Assembly: GCA_018238155.1 (NCBI GenBank)
Contig: JABCTZ010000017.1
Coordinates: 96,001-160,000, forward strand
Direction: 5' to 3'
Length of the DNA: 64,000 nucleotides
Source: Candidatus Heimdallarchaeota archaeon
GTDB lineage: Archaea > Asgardarchaeota > Heimdallarchaeia > JABLTI01
The notes under the pieces were generated by a model. It made no database searches. It was not told the origin of the DNA and saw nothing but the letters and a program-made list of their open reading frames with translations. Both the position numbers and the translations under genes were made by a program. Positions 59,675 through 64,000 of the stretch are shown one piece after another. How positions within the stretch are numbered: position 1 is the stretch's first letter; the number at the start of each line of letters is the position of its first letter.

Positions 59675-60658
59675 ATGAAAACAAAAATTATTATTGGTAT
59701 AGCATTCATTGCAATATTGCTTCTACCAATTTCAACACAATTCACCTCTGCACAGGGTGATCAAATAAATGTTGATGATAAACCAGGAATGATTACAATA
59801 ACTACCGAATATATTACCTTCAAATTTACTGAAGGGAGACCTAATTTTACTTGGTGGAATGGTAACACTAGTTCTTCAGATGAAATGTATAATGTTCATT
59901 ATATGACGATTTCTGAATATTTTGGCGATGATGAGATCCTAGATGGTTTAAATGAACTAATTGGTGGTTTAAGCTACAATTTACTTACCAGTGTTTGGTC
60001 AACAGATGTAGTTGAAGAAGATGAAAATGTAACAATCACAATGACCATGTCAGGTTTAGCAAATGATGTTGAATTACAATTCATAGTTCATATTTATACT
60101 TCTGATCAAGTTATAGTTGGGACGGATTCAGTTGTCGAAGGTTTAACTGAAATAAAATTTGATATTGTGGTTAAGAATTGGCAATTCTCTGAAGGAGCTC
60201 AAGGTTTAGGTATAAAAGCTCAGATTCATGAATCGCAAAGACGAAACCGTGTTCGCATCAGAAGTGGTTCTGTTGAAGAAAATGGTAATAGATCCCGCCT
60301 TATGCAATTTGAAAGTGATGAATATAACAATGCCATAGTAGCTTATTATGAATGGGCAACTTTTGCTGATATTTATAATGGATCCGAAAAAATAGACACA
60401 ATAGACGTAGGTACTACTTATTTCAATGATGATATCCCAGGTCCAGGTGAAGGTCCCTTAGGTGGAGATCACAAAATACACAATCAATGGCTTACGTATC
60501 CAAATTACGGAGATTCCTTAACGATGATTCATGATCCATCAATAGGTGTGGATCCAACTGCAATTAGTAACAATCTTTCACTTACCATTCTCCCAATAAT
60601 TGGTGGTATACTTGCACCCATTTTAGTGGTAAGTCTAGTAAAAAGAAAAAGACACTAA
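59675..60658 (+). CDS. Hypothetical secreted protein with C-terminal TM anchor
   Basis: Signal peptide; EIKFDIVVKNWQF, YPNY...IHDPSIG; TM-KRKRH. Confidence 0.8.
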   Translation: MKTKIIIGIAFIAILLLPISTQFTSAQGDQINVDDKPGMITITTEYITFKFTEGRPNFTWWNGNTSSSDEMYNVHYMTISEYFGDDEILDGLNELIGGLSYNLLTSVWSTDVVEEDENVTITMTMSGLANDVELQFIVHIYTSDQVIVGTDSVVEGLTEIKFDIVVKNWQFSEGAQGLGIKAQIHESQRRNRVRIRSGSVEENGNRSRLMQFESDEYNNAIVAYYEWATFADIYNGSEKIDTIDVGTTYFNDDIPGPGEGPLGGDHKIHNQWLTYPNYGDSLTMIHDPSIGVDPTAISNNLSLTILPIIGGILAPILVVSLVKRKRH

Positions 60659-60668
60659 ATAGAAATTT

Positions 60669-60705
60669 GTGATTATGGACTTTTTTCCAAAATCACTTTC
60701 TTTTT
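60669..60705 (+). terminator. Hairpin + U-tract terminator
   Basis: GTGATT-A-TGGA...TCCA-A-AATCAC then TTTCTTTTT. Confidence 0.5.
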
Positions 60706-60777
60706 ATCTAAATAAAAAAAATTGTAAAGAACAATAATTTAATGTAGCATAGAATACAATAATTCTTGAGGTAATTC

Positions 60778-61908
60778 TTGATGTATCAATTTCAGAGAAA
60801 ATATACCAAATTATTCATTTTGGTTCTAATTCCAATTATTTTGACATCAATGATTATTGCTTATCAAATAGATCCAATTGATAATTCTAAGCAACAGCGA
60901 ATTCCAGCTCCTAATCGCTTATTCACTACCAACGAATTGTCTCCTAATGCAATTGAAAATGAGACCTTATTAGTTCATACAATGGAAATTGATATTCAAA
61001 ATGATGAGTCTTTGAAAATCATTTCTACTTTTGTTTTAACAAATGACGATACAGAGCCAATCAAATACTTCTGCTTAGAGATTAACAAGACCATTTCATC
61101 CGTTTTTTGTTATAATCCAATTGGTTCCTTACCTTTTACATGGATAGTTGATCCAATTATTGGAAATAAAATTAACATTTCTATAGGTTATCCTTTGCTT
61201 CAAGGGGAAATCTATGTCTTCTCTGTTTCGTATGAAATTGAAGATATTATTTATCATGTAGACCAACCAGAAGAATATTTTGGACTTGAGTTTGATACAA
61301 GGCATATTAGAAAAACAAATCTGTTTAGATTAATATTGAATTTACCTCATTATAGTATTCTCCTTGAGGGAAGCATTCCCGTGCCGGTTTTTCCAACACC
61401 AGTAAGTATTTCTTCTGAAGATAATTTCTTAAGAATAACTTGGGAAGCATCAAACCTCAATATTGATGATACAGATGTTTTTCTAGTTCGGTATAAAATA
61501 GACTTTACTTCAGAAGGAGAGACTAATCCAAACCTTCTGCCTCTTTATATTGTTCTAGCTTTTATTGGTGGAATTGCATTAAGTGTATTGATTTTTTTCC
61601 TTTTCTATAGACTGAAATTGAAACCAGTTGAATCAGGCTTAGTAAGCTCGTTATTGTCAAATACTGAACATGAAGTAATAAAGGCGATAAATGATGACAG
61701 TGGTGTTTCAACTCAAAGACGTATTTGTGATAAAACTGGTTATTCAAAATCTAAGGTTTCTCAAATATTGTCAAAATTGGAAGAAAAAGATGTTCTAAAA
61801 CGCGAACGATGGGGACGAACGAATAAGGTTACAATTACCAATCCTTCCTTCAAAACATTAGGCCAAAATGAAACACTGAACAAACAGCAAGAAAAAACAA
61901 CGAAATAA
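60778..61908 (+). CDS. Membrane-anchored winged-HTH transcriptional regulator (COG2512-like) with extracellular beta domain
   Basis: N-terminal TM, ectodomain, TM, then LSNTEHEVI...TQRRICDKTGYSKSKVSQILSKLEEKDVLKRERWGRTNKV. Confidence 0.88.
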   Translation: MMYQFQRKYTKLFILVLIPIILTSMIIAYQIDPIDNSKQQRIPAPNRLFTTNELSPNAIENETLLVHTMEIDIQNDESLKIISTFVLTNDDTEPIKYFCLEINKTISSVFCYNPIGSLPFTWIVDPIIGNKINISIGYPLLQGEIYVFSVSYEIEDIIYHVDQPEEYFGLEFDTRHIRKTNLFRLILNLPHYSILLEGSIPVPVFPTPVSISSEDNFLRITWEASNLNIDDTDVFLVRYKIDFTSEGETNPNLLPLYIVLAFIGGIALSVLIFFLFYRLKLKPVESGLVSSLLSNTEHEVIKAINDDSGVSTQRRICDKTGYSKSKVSQILSKLEEKDVLKRERWGRTNKVTITNPSFKTLGQNETLNKQQEKTTK

Positions 61909-61989
61909 AATGTCTCTCTAATTTTGCAAATACTTTTTTACTGCAATCCACTATTGATTATTACGGATAATTTTTACGGTGAACTTTAA

Positions 61990-62775
61990 GTGACAACCAC
62001 TAAAGAAAAAAAAACTATTATTCCCGGAGCGGAACCATTTCGACTAAAAAATAAAGGTGCTAAAGTACTATTAATTCACGGTTTTACTGCATCCCCAACA
62101 GAACTAAGACCCATAGGGGATTTCCTCCACAAAAAAGGATACGATATTTATTCAGTTCTACTTGCAGGTCATGGAACCACTCCTCAAGATTTACAAACAA
62201 AGAAGTGGGTTGATTGGTGGGAATCAGCTAAAACTGCATTTGAAGAAATTGATAATTGCGATTTTGTTTTAGGATTCTCTATGGGTGCACTATTAGCGAG
62301 TAGATTGGCTGTCGAATATCAACAAAAAATGAAAGGGGTAATATTAGCTTCTGCTTTTCTACGTATAAATCCTAAAATATTGTCAAAAGTCGCTTTCACA
62401 TTTTCTGTGCTAAAATATATTAAACCATATTTCTCAAAAAGCCTTGAGACTGAACAATTCTTTAAAGACAATAATTTGATTAGCTACATGAAATATCCAA
62501 TGAGTGCTGTTCATGAATCTGTGAAATTATCAAAATACACTGAAAAAAAGATTCTACCAAAAATAACTATTCCAACACTAATCATTCAAGGATTGAAAGA
62601 TGACCGTATAGATCCTGACAATTATAAAATCCAAGATAAATTGATACCGGCAAAAGATAAACACATTGAACTTCTACCGGAATCAGAGCATATTATTACT
62701 GTAGGACCAGATACAGAGCAATTATTTACTTCTATACTCAGTTTTCTGAAAGCCCATGAGAAACGAATAATCTAG
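61990..62775 (+). CDS. Alpha/beta hydrolase (carboxylesterase/monoacylglycerol lipase-like)
   Basis: LLIHGFTASP, GHGT, GFSMG, QGLKDD, SEH. Confidence 0.92.
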   Translation: MTTTKEKKTIIPGAEPFRLKNKGAKVLLIHGFTASPTELRPIGDFLHKKGYDIYSVLLAGHGTTPQDLQTKKWVDWWESAKTAFEEIDNCDFVLGFSMGALLASRLAVEYQQKMKGVILASAFLRINPKILSKVAFTFSVLKYIKPYFSKSLETEQFFKDNNLISYMKYPMSAVHESVKLSKYTEKKILPKITIPTLIIQGLKDDRIDPDNYKIQDKLIPAKDKHIELLPESEHIITVGPDTEQLFTSILSFLKAHEKRII

Positions 62776-62869
62776 TTCTCCTTTTCTTTTCGAAACGAAA
62801 TCATTAGAAAGACTTAAGATTAACACTTAACTCATTTTTTTCCAAGTAACTCAAATGAGGAATTTTATT

Positions 62870-64000
62870 TTGAAAGAGAAGACTTCAGCTGGTTCCGAAA
62901 CTGAATCGGAAGTCGATAATGAGGTGCAAGATTTGGACGAAAAAGGTGAAACCTATTCTAAATCAGGTGTTGATATTGTTGAAGAGGGTGCTGTTATTGA
63001 AGAAATTTGGAAACTGCTTCCAAAGACATTCAAAGTGAATCCAAATGTAAAGTTCTTACCAGCAATGGCTCATTATGGTGGAATAGTCGATATTGGTATG
63101 CCTGACAAATATCTAGTTGTTGCTGTTGATGGAGTTGGATCTAAGGTTCTCATAGCAGAAATGTTAGATAAATTCGATACTGTTGGTATTGATTGTGTTG
63201 CAATGAATGTCAATGATCTAATCTGCGTCGGTGCTCAGCCATTAGTTTTTGTAGATTATTATGCAATAGAAAAAGCTGACACTGAAATTGCCAAACAAAT
63301 TGTTAAGGGACTTGTTGATGGTGCCATTCAATCAAAAATGGTTATTATTGGGGGCGAAACTGCTACCTTACCTGATATTATCAGAGGACACGATGGGAAA
63401 GGATTTGATCTTGCAGGAACCGCTATTGGAATGGTTGATAAAGATAAACTAGTTTTAGGTGAGAAAATATCCACAGATGACATTGTTATTGGCATTGAGA
63501 GTAATGGATTACATTCCAATGGCTATTCTCTTGCTAGAAGTGTTCTACTTGAAGAGCATTCTGTGAATGATGAAGTTGAAGGCATTCATATTGGAAAAAC
63601 ATTGCTTGAACCAACATTGATCTATGTTCAGGAAATTCTCGAAATGATAGAAAAGGCTGAAATTCATGGATTGGCAAATATTACCGGCGGAGCATTTCTA
63701 AAATTGGCTAGATTAATACGCCAATCAAAAACACCCATAGGTGTTCATCTAAATTCCATGCCAGAACCGCTGCCAATATTCAAATTGATCCAAAAATTAG
63801 GTAATGTTTCTGATAAGGAAATGTATAAGACATTCAACATGGGTATAGGATTCTGTATTATCGCACCAGAATCAGAATTCGACACTATTGCTGAAATCTG
63901 CAAAAAAAATGGAAAGAAAACCTATAAGATTGGTAAAATTATTCCCGAAAAGAAAATTGTTCTCGAGATAGCAGGTGAGATAATAGAGTATCCGGCAGAT
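62870..64000 (+). CDS. purM: Phosphoribosylformylglycinamidine cyclo-ligase (AIR synthetase), stop lies beyond the window
   Basis: Missing from the ORF track because it runs off the edge; TYSKSGVDI, DGVGSK, GIDCVAMNVNDL, GGETATLP, SNGLHSNGYSL, ITGG, EMYKTFNMGIG. Confidence 0.96.
   Translation, partial: MKEKTSAGSETESEVDNEVQDLDEKGETYSKSGVDIVEEGAVIEEIWKLLPKTFKVNPNVKFLPAMAHYGGIVDIGMPDKYLVVAVDGVGSKVLIAEMLDKFDTVGIDCVAMNVNDLICVGAQPLVFVDYYAIEKADTEIAKQIVKGLVDGAIQSKMVIIGGETATLPDIIRGHDGKGFDLAGTAIGMVDKDKLVLGEKISTDDIVIGIESNGLHSNGYSLARSVLLEEHSVNDEVEGIHIGKTLLEPTLIYVQEILEMIEKAEIHGLANITGGAFLKLARLIRQSKTPIGVHLNSMPEPLPIFKLIQKLGNVSDKEMYKTFNMGIGFCIIAPESEFDTIAEICKKNGKKTYKIGKIIPEKKIVLEIAGEIIEYPAD

Noticed and set aside
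1-64000. CRISPR arrays, rRNA genes, transposases, selenocysteine/pyrrolysine readthrough
   Set aside because: No repeat-spacer array, rRNA-like block or transposase motif, and no conserved gene interrupted by an in-frame stop was seen

Overview
AT-rich, gene-dense archaeal chromosome segment, most likely from an Asgard (Heimdallarchaeia-like) archaeon. This assignment is an inference from the membrane-bound LonB, the Nre protein with a PIP box, two PurP paralogues, a short archaeal PurA, a tRNA with a bulge-helix-bulge intron, surface proteins with C-terminal TM plus basic tails, and a Sec23/Sec24-like protein. Layout: (1) 1-15 kb mixed housekeeping genes (Sec23/24-like VWA protein, nre, a p24/GOLD-like type I membrane protein, lonB, AmmeMemoRadiSam enzyme, purA, rtcB, scramblase-like protein, MFS, zupT); (2) 15.5-21.5 kb secreted and surface proteins ending at an intron-containing tRNA-Arg(UCU); (3) 21.5-27 kb enzymes; (4) 27-37.7 kb phosphate island with duplicated pstB and pstS, pstCA, phoU, an AbrB-PhoU regulator, PiT and two DUF47-like genes, with phased CTAT operator-like arrays; (5) 39-64 kb de novo purine cluster (purP x2, purE, purD, purF, purL, purQ, purS, purM) interleaved with a formate-type OFA transporter, HAD and PfkB enzymes, LarA and others. 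No CRISPR array, rRNA, transposase or integrase was seen. Best leads: the Sec23/24-like and p24-like pair, a Vps62/NPP1-like domain split by TM helices, the Pho-box-like arrays, a structured rtcB leader, and a motif shared by the purS and formate-transporter promoters. All family calls come from motif recognition by eye, not database searches.
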